In this document: piece by piece, positions 1 through 9,043 of the stretch
Layout of the letters: each line of letters opens with the position of its first letter
Numbering within the stretch: position 1 is the first letter of the stretch
NCBI GenBank assembly: GCA_965215265.1
Contig: OZ244048.1
Coordinates: forward strand, 3,328,001 to 3,392,000
Source of the DNA: Candidatus Poribacteria bacterium
GTDB taxonomy: Bacteria > Poribacteria > WGA-4E > WGA-3G
Length of the DNA stretch: 64,000 nt
Direction: 5' to 3'
Notes under the pieces: model-generated
The model's database searches: none
Seen by the model: only the letters and a program-made list of their open reading frames with translations
Told to the model about the DNA's origin: nothing
Program-made: the position numbers and the translations under genes

Positions 1-990
1 AAAATTGTGGAGGAGATGCAGCGGCACGGTGTAACAGGTGCCGGGCTGAGTTTAGACTCTATCCAGCCAACGAACCATGACCGGTTTAGAGGGATGAAGG
101 GTGCGTGGGATGCGACGATGGAAGGCGTTGAAGCACTCAAGCGTGCCAATCTTGATTTTCTTGTACAAACCTCTGTGACACAGTGGAATTACGACGAAAT
201 CCCAGAGATTGTTGAATTCGCCTATCAGCTCGGGGCAAAGGTGCTGAACCTCTATTTTCTGGTACGAACCGGACGAGGTAAGACAGTGATGGATATTACC
301 GCCTCGCAATATGAGAAGATGCTTGAGACGCTTTTTAGGTTGCAGGCGGCGTATAGCGGCAAAATGCTCATTGCAGCGAAATGCGCGCCGCACTATAAAC
401 GCGTCATCTATGAACAACAATCCGATTCTGCTTTCCTGCAAGGTTACCCGAGCGGCACCTGTCCGTGCGGTATCTACTATTGCCGCATCACACCAGAGGG
501 TGAATTGACGCCGTGTCCGTATCTACCGGTCAGCGTTGGGAATCTCAAGACAGAGAGTTTTGTCGAGCTATGGAACGAATCGGAGACTTTCCAGAATTTA
601 CGCAATCGGGAGTTGCTTGAAGGGAAGTGCGGTGTTTGTGAATTCAGAGAGGTATGTGGTGGTTGCCGTGCGCGTGCTTACGCTACCACAGGCAATTATC
701 TCGCAGCGGATGAATCGTGTGAATATCAACCGGGGCAGCGAGCGGCGCAGCCCGTTCAATTTGAGAAGCGGGCTGCTTTCGGAACAGAGCCCGGCTACGA
801 TTTGCAGTGGAACGACGCAGCACAGAAACGTTTGAAGCGTGTGCCTTCATTCGCCCGCGGCATGGTGATCAAAAGCGTTGAAAGATATGCACGTGAACAT
901 GGTTATCAGGAAATAACGCCTGAACTCATGCAAGCTGTGAAAAAACGTTTTGATAAGACCGGCATCCCGTCGTTTAGACCGCGGCGCTAA
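1..990 (+). CDS. Radical SAM/SPASM protein (AhbC/AhbD/NirJ-like) with C-terminal PCP_red domain; 5'-truncated by the window edge
   Basis: SPASM cysteines CPCG..C..TPEG...PCPY..GNL...KCGVCEFREVCGGCRARA..DESC; tail WNDAAQKRLKRVPSFARGMVIKSVERYAREHG..IT resembles PCP_red; frame is open from base 1. Confidence 0.85.
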   Translation, partial: KIVEEMQRHGVTGAGLSLDSIQPTNHDRFRGMKGAWDATMEGVEALKRANLDFLVQTSVTQWNYDEIPEIVEFAYQLGAKVLNLYFLVRTGRGKTVMDITASQYEKMLETLFRLQAAYSGKMLIAAKCAPHYKRVIYEQQSDSAFLQGYPSGTCPCGIYYCRITPEGELTPCPYLPVSVGNLKTESFVELWNESETFQNLRNRELLEGKCGVCEFREVCGGCRARAYATTGNYLAADESCEYQPGQRAAQPVQFEKRAAFGTEPGYDLQWNDAAQKRLKRVPSFARGMVIKSVERYAREHGYQEITPELMQAVKKRFDKTGIPSFRPRR

Positions 991-1021
991 TATGTCAGCA
1001 GCTCTTCAAGAGGAGATTCAC

Positions 1022-1741
1022 ATGCTAAGCACAGAACAGGTGAAATTTTTTCAGGAAAATGGATACCTCATTCTTGAAAATTTCATCGATTCAGATATAA
1101 TTGAGGGTTGGAGGGCACAAATCTGGGAGCATTTAAATTCGAATTTGGAGTCCCCGGGTACATGGCCCAAGGATTATGTGGTTCAAAACTTTAGTTTCTC
1201 ACCGGTGTTTGGGCAGGTGCCTGTGATGCAAAAGATTACCGCGCAGCTCGGTGGCGGCGAGTTTAGCGGTGGCGGTGGCTCGCCTTTAGTGAAATGGCCT
1301 AGCGCGGATGAGAGCTGGACAATGCCCCCTGCTGGGCATATCGATGCTTATGGCTCGGCCGGCTGGAGTCCGTTTATGCTAGGGGCGACGACTTACCTCT
1401 ACGATGTGAAACCCGGCGGTGGTGCTTTTATCTATTGGCCCGGGAGCCACAACACCACGCACAAGTATTTCCTTGAATACCCAGAACAGATCGATGGCAG
1501 TTTCACAGAGATTGAGGGATGGGACTGGAATGTCCTTTCGGATTTATCACCGGGGGGGCCGCGCGAGTTTACCGGTGCTGCGGGCGATGTTGTGCTATGG
1601 CATGCTTTTCTCTGCCATACTGGCTCAGTCAACGTCAGGGAAATCCCCCGTTTTGGGGTTTTTGCCCGCTACTCTCATAAACGCCGGGAACAGATTAAAT
1701 ATGAAATACCGGAGGATCTCTGGAAATATTGGAGCGTTTAG
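1022..1741 (+). CDS. Phytanoyl-CoA dioxygenase (PhyH) family 2OG-Fe(II) dioxygenase
   Basis: MLSTEQVKFFQENGYL start, HID, PGSH, GDVVLWH..LCH; GAGGAG RBS before ATG 1022. Confidence 0.85.
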   Translation: MLSTEQVKFFQENGYLILENFIDSDIIEGWRAQIWEHLNSNLESPGTWPKDYVVQNFSFSPVFGQVPVMQKITAQLGGGEFSGGGGSPLVKWPSADESWTMPPAGHIDAYGSAGWSPFMLGATTYLYDVKPGGGAFIYWPGSHNTTHKYFLEYPEQIDGSFTEIEGWDWNVLSDLSPGGPREFTGAAGDVVLWHAFLCHTGSVNVREIPRFGVFARYSHKRREQIKYEIPEDLWKYWSV

Positions 1742-1774
1742 CTACTTCCATAAGACGGCTAAAAGGAGGAAAAG

Positions 1775-2194
1775 ATGAGCGAACAGCGTCACGTTCAGGA
1801 ACAGATCTATGAGATAGAGGCACGTTTGAGCCGTGTTGAAAGTCTACTTGTCAGCATCAATGAGAAACTAGAACAAAACCCGTCGGCTTTTTCCACGGAA
1901 GTGGATATCGAACAGGCGGAAGCATTCAGGCAGTGGGTAACTGATTACGTTTCTATGCGTTTACAACAATTGGTGCCTGAGACATGCGATCATCCTATGG
2001 AGAATCCTACACAGGAAGGTCCTTTCCTTGATAATACTACAATTCCTTGTACAGAGGAAGTCGTGCATCGCGTCAAACGCATTCCGATTCCGTTTGTGCG
2101 CGAGATGGTTGTGCAGCGCGTCGCAGAAAATGCACGCCAAGCACAAATTGAAAGGGTTGATATCGATTTCTTTGAGCAAGCTGCCACGTTCTGA
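1775..2194 (+). CDS. Coiled-coil protein with C-terminal PCP_red-like domain
   Basis: Heptad-like N-terminus; EEVVHRVKRIPIPFVREMVVQRVAENARQAQIERVD matches the PCP_red pattern; AGGAGG RBS. Confidence 0.7.
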   Translation: MSEQRHVQEQIYEIEARLSRVESLLVSINEKLEQNPSAFSTEVDIEQAEAFRQWVTDYVSMRLQQLVPETCDHPMENPTQEGPFLDNTTIPCTEEVVHRVKRIPIPFVREMVVQRVAENARQAQIERVDIDFFEQAATF

Positions 2195-2356
2195 CAGTGC
2201 AAAGCCACAGAGGAGTTCCCTCTGCCGAATTTTGATTGGAAGGACTTCTTGAAGGCACCGCTATAATGGTTCTAATCATCAACGGGGTTTCCGACTCTAC
2301 GAACGGAAAACAGAATCAACGCCAATTGTTAAAAATGTTAAAAAAGGAATTTGAGT

Positions 2357-2728
2357 ATGGAGTGGGTGTTTACTACCTTCTCAGAGTACCTTGAGAATGA
2401 CTTCAAAAAGCGTGTTGGAACCCCGAATCCGACAGTGGCTGATTTGTGGCAGGCCTTTGAGGTGCTTTTCCCCGCAACCACCGCACGCTTGTTAGTGCAA
2501 GAACCCGTTGGCAACACCGTCCGGTTTAAACCGCTCGCTTTTTACCATGCTGACGAGATGGGCCCCTTAATTGAAACGCCATTAGAGTACCTTAAGCAGA
2601 ATTTCGGCGGCGGCAAATTCAAAATTAACTTCTATCACGGCATGCAGTTTATCGCCACGATTAATTTTAAACCCGAAGGTCCCGAAATTTGGCGAGATTT
2701 ACCCGAATTGGAGGAAAACGAAAACTGA
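2357..2728 (+). CDS. Hypothetical protein (~123 aa)
   Basis: Protein-like ORF, AAGGA upstream, TGA overlaps next ATG (TGATG). Confidence 0.7.
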   Translation: MEWVFTTFSEYLENDFKKRVGTPNPTVADLWQAFEVLFPATTARLLVQEPVGNTVRFKPLAFYHADEMGPLIETPLEYLKQNFGGGKFKINFYHGMQFIATINFKPEGPEIWRDLPELEENEN

Positions 2729-3201
2729 TGAGTGAGCAACAGACTTCACGTGCTCCGTCTGCAAGCAGTCTGGTATATCAAAAATGCCCTGGGTGTGGAA
2801 GCACAAGCATACACCGTCTTGCAGAAAATTCATGGTTCTGCCTTGATTGTGACTGGGATACCCTCTCGGCTATACCCACCTCTACTAATGATAGCTTGCT
2901 TGCTTCGCTGCGTTACGGCGATGTCCACGCGCGCCGAATTGCAGCGCAAGCCTTGATTAATATCGGCGATACTGAAAGGCATCTCGCTGCCGATACAGAT
3001 GCTGAGGTGCTTCTTGAGGTTCTTGATGATGATGATGCAGATGTTCGTTACTTCGTTGCTGTGGCACTCGGAAAACTTAAAGCCAGCAGTGGTCTTAAGA
3101 AACTGAGGCAGCTCGTGAAAAATGATACCTCTGCGCTCGTACGAGAGGGTGCACGCGCCGCTATTGAACAAATCGAATCGTGCGGCAAGGAGGCATCTTA
3201 A
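2728..3201 (+). CDS. Zinc-ribbon plus HEAT-repeat protein
   Basis: CPGC...WFCLDC; HEAT repeats ARRIAAQALINIG, VRYFVAVALGKL, VREGARAAIEQI. Confidence 0.8.
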   Translation: MSEQQTSRAPSASSLVYQKCPGCGSTSIHRLAENSWFCLDCDWDTLSAIPTSTNDSLLASLRYGDVHARRIAAQALINIGDTERHLAADTDAEVLLEVLDDDDADVRYFVAVALGKLKASSGLKKLRQLVKNDTSALVREGARAAIEQIESCGKEAS

Positions 3202-3202
3202 G

Positions 3203-4273
3203 ATGGCAAAAGTCAAAATCGGTTACATTGGGTGTGGCTTTATGGCACAAAAGGTCCACATTCCTAATTTTAACAGCATCGCTGACTGCGAACTCGTCGC
3301 CCTCGCAGAGGTCCGTTCTGAGCTGGGTGAGAAAGTCCAAAGGCGTTTCCATATCCCTCATCTTTACGAAAGTCATCTCGAACTTGCCCAAGACAACGAT
3401 ATTGAAGCTGTCGCCGTCTCTGCTGACTTTGCACTCCAAGGCGAAATCGCCAAAGAACTGCTTTTAGCTGGAAAGCACGTTTTCATGGAGAAACCGATGG
3501 CAGTTTCAGTAGAGCAAGCACAAACCATCGTAGATGCATCACGTGAATCGGGCAAAAAACTGATGGTCGGGTACATGAAACGCTACGATGCCGGCAATGA
3601 AATCGTGAAAGAAAAGGTTAAGCACTTCCGGGAATCGGGGGAGCTCGGTCGGTTGACGTATGCCCGAAATCACGGATTCGGAGGGGATTGGGTGTGTAAC
3701 CTTGATACCCCGATGGACACGATTGAGGTGCCTAAACCGAGTGCCCCTGTCAAAACGCCGGATTGGCTGCCTGAGGAGTGGCGTGGGAGTTACATCGGCT
3801 ACCTCCAACAGTATACACATAACATTAATCTCATGCGATGGTTCCTTGAAGCGGCGGACGATGTCCGCGTCAAAGCCGTAGATCTGGATGCCAACGGCTA
3901 CACAGGGATTGTTATCTTTGATATGGCGGGCATCCGGGTTACATTGGAAACCGGACATGTCTCGCACTACCGCTGGGACGAGCACAGCCAACTCTACTTT
4001 GAAAACGGCTGGATTCATACCTGGGCCCCGCCGCTCTTATTGAAAAATACCCCTGCCGAGGTGGAGATTTATCGCGCCGGACAAGAACAAGAAATCTCTC
4101 GCCCTATTCCAAAGCCGGCGTGGACCTGGGCATATCGTCGGGAGGCGGAGTACTTCATAGCGAACCTCCACAATCCTGAACCGTTCCGTTCTTCTGCAGA
4201 GGATACTCTCACGGATGTGAGGCTGTTTGAGGACATCTATCGCATTTTTGTGGCGCAGCAAAATGGGAACTAA
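3203..4273 (+). CDS. Gfo/Idh/MocA family oxidoreductase
   Basis: IGYIGCG Rossmann motif, GKHVFMEKP, MVGYMKRYD. Confidence 0.9.
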   Translation: MAKVKIGYIGCGFMAQKVHIPNFNSIADCELVALAEVRSELGEKVQRRFHIPHLYESHLELAQDNDIEAVAVSADFALQGEIAKELLLAGKHVFMEKPMAVSVEQAQTIVDASRESGKKLMVGYMKRYDAGNEIVKEKVKHFRESGELGRLTYARNHGFGGDWVCNLDTPMDTIEVPKPSAPVKTPDWLPEEWRGSYIGYLQQYTHNINLMRWFLEAADDVRVKAVDLDANGYTGIVIFDMAGIRVTLETGHVSHYRWDEHSQLYFENGWIHTWAPPLLLKNTPAEVEIYRAGQEQEISRPIPKPAWTWAYRREAEYFIANLHNPEPFRSSAEDTLTDVRLFEDIYRIFVAQQNGN

Positions 4274-4408
4274 GGGTAAGTGTGAAATAGACGGTACCGA
4301 AGGATATGCCTGCTCTTAATGGGCTTGAGGAACGTATAGATAGGCGTGAATAGAGCACCGGAACGCAGGGCTTACAAATTCACAAGATGTTCGCTGAATC
4401 CTGTATTG

Positions 4409-6763
4409 CTAGGGTTTCTCACGGTTTTCCCGCCACAAAATTTGTGTGCCGTTAATATCGATTGCGAGGGTATAATTATCCTGCAGGTATTGTGCAATGA
4501 GAGGGTGCCGCTCCTCCACAGGAATTCCGTCAACAGCATCAAACCACCCACCTGTTTTGAAGAGAACCAACCGTGTCCTATCTCGTGTGAGTGCCGAGAT
4601 AACCTCTCGCTGCATTTTCGGTGTTGATGCATACGAGGCTTGATGAAATCGGGTAACGCTTGGCCGGTTGGCGAAGAAGTAATACGAACCTTGACTCGTA
4701 AAGTCAAAAATCTTTTCGTTTGGGGCAGTGTGTTCCTGAATGTACGCTACCACCTTTTGAATCTGCTCAACCTGATTGTCCGGAATGTCAACGCCGCCTG
4801 CACGCACCAATTCCTCTGGTACGACCCGTTGTGTAAACGGATTCTGACGTAATCGCTGCCATTTCTCACTAAATGAAACGAGAGGCCGGTGTACTGCACC
4901 TACATATTGGAAGAATAGCCATAAAGGAATCAAAACCCAAGCGGTTTTTAATACAGCGCGCCATCGCGTGCGCTCCGTTAGAAAACCCCACACCGTTCTT
5001 AGTGAGAGAGAAATACCTGCAAACGACCGGCATACCATGCTAAAGACACCTCGGTCAAGTGGCAAAAGACAGAGGAGCCATAAAAACGTGGAACCGTAGA
5101 TGAGATGTCCGCCATCTGACCTACCGAGTGCAGTACGGAAAAACGCTATTCCACCTAATAACAGCAGCAGCAGTTTCATGACGCTTTCTGAAGTCCATAA
5201 CGCCTGACGAAGCCCCCGGTATGTCAGGTAGGCTGCTATTACAAGGAAAACACCAATGGGCAGGTACCATCGAAAACCTTCGCTAAGAAGGAAAGTTCGC
5301 CATCCGTCCGTTGTTAGTGTAGCAAGGGTCGTCGAGAGTGAAGGAAAAGCTAAGCCCCAGGTTGCGAGTTGGTAGTGGCACTGGATGTAAGTATTCCACA
5401 ACACATCATCTAAAGCGCCGTGCGATAGAAAATAGATGCCTAACGGGAGAAAGCCTAACAGAACCCCGCAAACGTAACTGATTAGCGGTAAAGGAGACAG
5501 CCGCAGTGAAATCCGGCTTTGTAAACTGTACATCAGCAAAAAGAGTGCGATGCTTCCGAGCGAGTAGAGCCCTATTTCAGTGCTATACCAGAATGCCAAA
5601 CTCGTAAAGATGCCGGCGAGGATGAGTTTCCAACCGAAAATGAAGGAATGAGTAACCCACTGCTGTCCTTCAGACGGGGCCTCAAGGGTTCTAAATCGTT
5701 TAGCTTGAGGTGATGTGAGAAAGTTCGCGACCATTGCAAAGCTAAGTAAGCCGAGGGCGTGTCTCGTAGAGACAGAAAACTCGCTGCTTGAGGCAATCAT
5801 CACAGAAATAAAGGCGGTGAGCCATCGCCCGCGGAATACTTGCAAACCGAGTAGGTAGAGCGCGACGTAACCTAGTGGTGCTAACACTGCGCCCATAGCA
5901 CGTACCCCCTCCAACGTCGGTTCAAAAATTTGACTGCCAAACCATGCCAAATAGGCATTCTGAAAGAGCCCATGCTGCACGTAGATATCACGGAACGGGA
6001 TTCCCCCGCGTAGCATTTCGTTGAGAGGCGCGAGACGTTCCCCTTCATGGAACAGGTCAATGTTGCCATCAATGTTCCCTGAATACATCAGTAAGTACAT
6101 AAAAATTGGGAAAATAACGTACTCAAATCCGAGTCTGCCGACCTGTCTAAAAACCGGAGTTTTCGCATGGGAGGTAGAACCGACCGTCTGGCTATTCGGT
6201 GTAGTTTCTATAGGCCGTTCGGTAAGGGTATTAGTATTTTGTAAGGTCGGTAGAAATCGATTGTATAGCAGTCCTAATTTGACAAAAGTCGATAATCCGA
6301 GTGGGAAAAAGAGAAAGACGAGGCCTCTTGGCCCTACAGCGTCAAGATGGAAGAGCTGTAACCAACAGAGCCACAACGGGAGTGAGCCCAAGGCGTTCGC
6401 TTTAAGTACGTGCTGCACCGGTTGTGCGGTCAGTTTTGCAGCCCAGTGTGAATAGAATTGCCAGCCGAACCAGTACAAACATATTACCGTAGGGATACCG
6501 AGCAGAGCCAACAAGTAGTAAAAGAATTCTTGTTGCTTAGGATACTGGTTGACGCTAATCCAACCTACTACGTCTGAGGTGTGGTGGTATGTAAAGGTAA
6601 GATATTTTTGAAGTGCTAATCCTACGCCGATTGCGAGAGAAAATGCGGATACCGTGATGAGCCCTGCGTAAAGACGAAGTTCCGCGGCTTGAACAACACC
6701 CGGGTCAGGGAGGAAACGCTTTTTTCGAATGAGACTCTGTATCGTTGTGTCTTGTTGTTGCAT
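4409..6763 (-). CDS. Large polytopic membrane protein, possibly a GT-C-type glycosyltransferase
   Basis: More than 12 hydrophobic segments, DLFHEG...GIPFRDIY loop, soluble C-terminal domain; function is inferred. Confidence 0.6.
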   Translation of the reverse strand: MQQQDTTIQSLIRKKRFLPDPGVVQAAELRLYAGLITVSAFSLAIGVGLALQKYLTFTYHHTSDVVGWISVNQYPKQQEFFYYLLALLGIPTVICLYWFGWQFYSHWAAKLTAQPVQHVLKANALGSLPLWLCWLQLFHLDAVGPRGLVFLFFPLGLSTFVKLGLLYNRFLPTLQNTNTLTERPIETTPNSQTVGSTSHAKTPVFRQVGRLGFEYVIFPIFMYLLMYSGNIDGNIDLFHEGERLAPLNEMLRGGIPFRDIYVQHGLFQNAYLAWFGSQIFEPTLEGVRAMGAVLAPLGYVALYLLGLQVFRGRWLTAFISVMIASSSEFSVSTRHALGLLSFAMVANFLTSPQAKRFRTLEAPSEGQQWVTHSFIFGWKLILAGIFTSLAFWYSTEIGLYSLGSIALFLLMYSLQSRISLRLSPLPLISYVCGVLLGFLPLGIYFLSHGALDDVLWNTYIQCHYQLATWGLAFPSLSTTLATLTTDGWRTFLLSEGFRWYLPIGVFLVIAAYLTYRGLRQALWTSESVMKLLLLLLGGIAFFRTALGRSDGGHLIYGSTFLWLLCLLPLDRGVFSMVCRSFAGISLSLRTVWGFLTERTRWRAVLKTAWVLIPLWLFFQYVGAVHRPLVSFSEKWQRLRQNPFTQRVVPEELVRAGGVDIPDNQVEQIQKVVAYIQEHTAPNEKIFDFTSQGSYYFFANRPSVTRFHQASYASTPKMQREVISALTRDRTRLVLFKTGGWFDAVDGIPVEERHPLIAQYLQDNYTLAIDINGTQILWRENREKP

Positions 6764-6770
6764 ACTGTTT

Positions 6771-7010
6771 TCACTGCACAACGTCCCCTTCTACGAGTTC
6801 AACCTGGACGTTAATGTTCTTGAGATAATCAATAGCCCGTTCAATTTCGTCCGGTGGCCCCAGTATCTCCAACATCACCCAACCAGCTACCTCTGTGACA
6901 TTAGCCCGGCGGATATTGGTGACCACCTTATACTGATGTCCGAGGGTGTAGATGATGGGCTCTGTAATTTTTTCAGGTGGGAACGTCAAGCGGACCTTTA
7001 GAGAAGTCAT
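6771..7010 (-). CDS. NIL domain protein
   Basis: VRLTFPPEKITEPIIY....VVTNIRRANV....GWVMLEILG...EIERAIDYL is the NIL pattern. Confidence 0.85.
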   Translation of the reverse strand: MTSLKVRLTFPPEKITEPIIYTLGHQYKVVTNIRRANVTEVAGWVMLEILGPPDEIERAIDYLKNINVQVELVEGDVVQ

Positions 7011-7047
7011 CTGTGTTACTCCTGCGTGAGGGGCAGCTGCTTTCGCG

Positions 7048-7509
7048 CTAGAGTGTACTTTCAATGGGGACTTCCACGAAATCTGAAGTCGGTTTATCCC
7101 AGATGTAGGCTTTCGCGGTGCGAATTTCCGTACCGTAGATTGAGATTACCACGTACACGGTCTCCGGATAGATAGGCTCGCCCCATACTGTGGCATCGGC
7201 TTTGTCCTTGTCAGAGAAGTAAGCGTCGTGGTTTGGATGTGAATGGTAAAGTGCCTTGATCTGCCGATGCTGGGTTTCTACTTCTTTTATCACAGCGATT
7301 GCGTCGTCGGGGTGTATGTAATAGGCGGTCCGTGCATCCCGCGGATGTGTATCCGGATCCTGCCGATGCAGTTCATTCTGAAAGTTGCGGCACGGTCTAA
7401 AAAATTCGTGTTCATCTGCGTACAAAATAAAGCCACAGCATTCCTCTGGAAAAGCTGACTTGGCATGGGTGTACATCTGATGTAGCGTTTCGGGTTGAAA
7501 AATTACCAT
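7048..7509 (-). CDS. JAMM/M67 metallopeptidase (Mec-like, sulfur-carrier processing)
   Basis: PEECCG and YHSHP....YFSDKD JAMM motif; ATG 7509 with AGAGG RBS. Confidence 0.9.
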   Translation of the reverse strand: MVIFQPETLHQMYTHAKSAFPEECCGFILYADEHEFFRPCRNFQNELHRQDPDTHPRDARTAYYIHPDDAIAVIKEVETQHRQIKALYHSHPNHDAYFSDKDKADATVWGEPIYPETVYVVISIYGTEIRTAKAYIWDKPTSDFVEVPIESTL

Positions 7510-7533
7510 TGCCTCTTGGTGAGATGTGATATA

Positions 7534-7584
7534 AAGCGAGAACCTATCCAAAAGCGCTTGGACGTAACGGATAAGTCCTCGCTT
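7534..7584 (-). terminator. 17-bp hairpin upstream of the JAMM gene (candidate attenuator)
   Basis: AAGCGAGGACTTATCCG pairs with TGGATAGGTTCTCGCTT using three G-U pairs, valid only on the minus strand; ends in TTTATAT. Confidence 0.55.
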
Positions 7585-7632
7585 CTGTTATTGTGCCGAT
7601 TGATTGCGCCAGTGCCGGCGACTAAGGCATTC

Positions 7633-7695
7633 TTATGAGCCACATGCGCATCTTCTTTCACGCTGTTTCGTCAGTTGTGGTATGTAAGTTTGCAT
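7633..7695 (-). CDS. Putative 20-aa leader peptide MQTYIPQLTKQRERRCACGS
   Basis: Manual translation; GAGAGGT upstream; two Cys codons near the stop; lies in a cysteine biosynthesis operon. Confidence 0.55.
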   Translation of the reverse strand: MQTYIPQLTKQRERRCACGS

Positions 7696-7820
7696 TCGAT
7701 GTCACTACCTCTCTATTTCTGTATAATCGGTAATGTTTTACTCTCTGATGTGCCAACATCGGACAGGTGGGTTACAAAACCGCTTTTTAAGAGAGGGTTT
7801 TTCGTTAAATAGTGCGCAGC

Positions 7821-8099
7821 CTAATTGCCGCCGGCAATAGCAGGAATGATTGAAATTTCGGCACCGTCTGCGACGGGTGTTGCTTTTCCATCAAGGAAAC
7901 GGATGTCTTCATCGTTGAGATAGATGTTGACAAATCGGCGAATGTTTCCGCCATCATCACAGAGACGTTCCTTCATTCCCGGATAACTTACCTCAAGGTT
8001 GTCAATGATGCCTTCAATATCAGCACCTTCTGTTTGGACTTCTGCCAAGTTTTGTGTCAACCGTCTCAACGGCGTTGGAATTCGAACTGTTACGGCCAT
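7821..8099 (-). CDS. MoaD/ThiS/CysO-family ubiquitin-like sulfur carrier
   Basis: VRIPTPLR...RRFVNIYLNDEDIR...ISIIPAIAGG-N; AAAGGAG RBS. Confidence 0.92.
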   Translation of the reverse strand: MAVTVRIPTPLRRLTQNLAEVQTEGADIEGIIDNLEVSYPGMKERLCDDGGNIRRFVNIYLNDEDIRFLDGKATPVADGAEISIIPAIAGGN

Positions 8100-8218
8100 T
8101 GTAATAGATTTCTCCTTTCTGTTTTTTTCGGTACGTGCTTCGTCAAAGTGGATTCAAATCAAGATAAAACAGCGTTTTTTCCGAAATCCACCGGATGCTT
8201 GCACGACTAACTTAAGAG

Positions 8219-9001
8219 TTAGATAGAATAGTGTAGTCCGCACTCTTTTGCATTTTCTTCTGCGGTGGCTGCGTTCTGCCAACGCCAACGGCCTGAACGT
8301 TTCGGTTCGCTTGGACGTATAGGTGTGGTGCAGATCATGCAACCGAGTGATTCATAATAATGTCCATGTGCATCTGCTTTCAGCAAAGGATTGACAGGAA
8401 CGTCGTTTTCATGGATAAAATCCCAGACCTTATTATGTGGCCACGCCATCAGTGGACTGACCTTTAGTACGGGATGGGCTGTCGATGAAATGATTTCAGC
8501 CTTCGGGAGATACTTGCGAGTGTGGGACTGATCCCGCCGGATGCCCGTAATCCAGACATCTAACGTTTCCAGCAGCCGTTGCATCGGCTGGACTTTTCGC
8601 ACATTGCAGCAATGCTCTTGCTTTGCCTTGCTGTCGAAAAAGAGATATTCGCCATGCTGCGATACCATCTGTTCTACTTGTTCCGGGTCTGGTTGAATCT
8701 GTTCAATCTGAATACCGTAGCGCGTTTCAACGTGTTCCAGGAAGGCGTAAGTTTCAGGAAAGAGCCGCAGTGTATCCAGGGTACAAACACGGAAGGGCAG
8801 CCCATTTTCCGCGGCGAGATGAATAAGGATGATTCCGGAAAGTTGCCCACTTGTCACAATTGCTGCTCGCTCTTTAAAACGCTTAAAGAGTGTAAATAGA
8901 ATTTCTTGTGGGCTCTCTGTCAACAGCATCTCTTGTTTTAATCTGTCAAGCGAGAGATTTTGGATTTGTATGCGTGGGACATCATCTATGGATGAGTACA
9001 T
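8219..9001 (-). CDS. cysH: APS/PAPS reductase
   Basis: LDTLRLFPET, CC..RKV.P, WITGIRRDQS, SLGC..CT, RSGRW, KECGLH; the Fe-S cysteines suggest the APS type. Confidence 0.92.
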   Translation of the reverse strand: MYSSIDDVPRIQIQNLSLDRLKQEMLLTESPQEILFTLFKRFKERAAIVTSGQLSGIILIHLAAENGLPFRVCTLDTLRLFPETYAFLEHVETRYGIQIEQIQPDPEQVEQMVSQHGEYLFFDSKAKQEHCCNVRKVQPMQRLLETLDVWITGIRRDQSHTRKYLPKAEIISSTAHPVLKVSPLMAWPHNKVWDFIHENDVPVNPLLKADAHGHYYESLGCMICTTPIRPSEPKRSGRWRWQNAATAEENAKECGLHYSI

Positions 9002-9043
9002 AATTTTTTATAAAAACCGTTATTGCAGAGATACCTACCTTAC

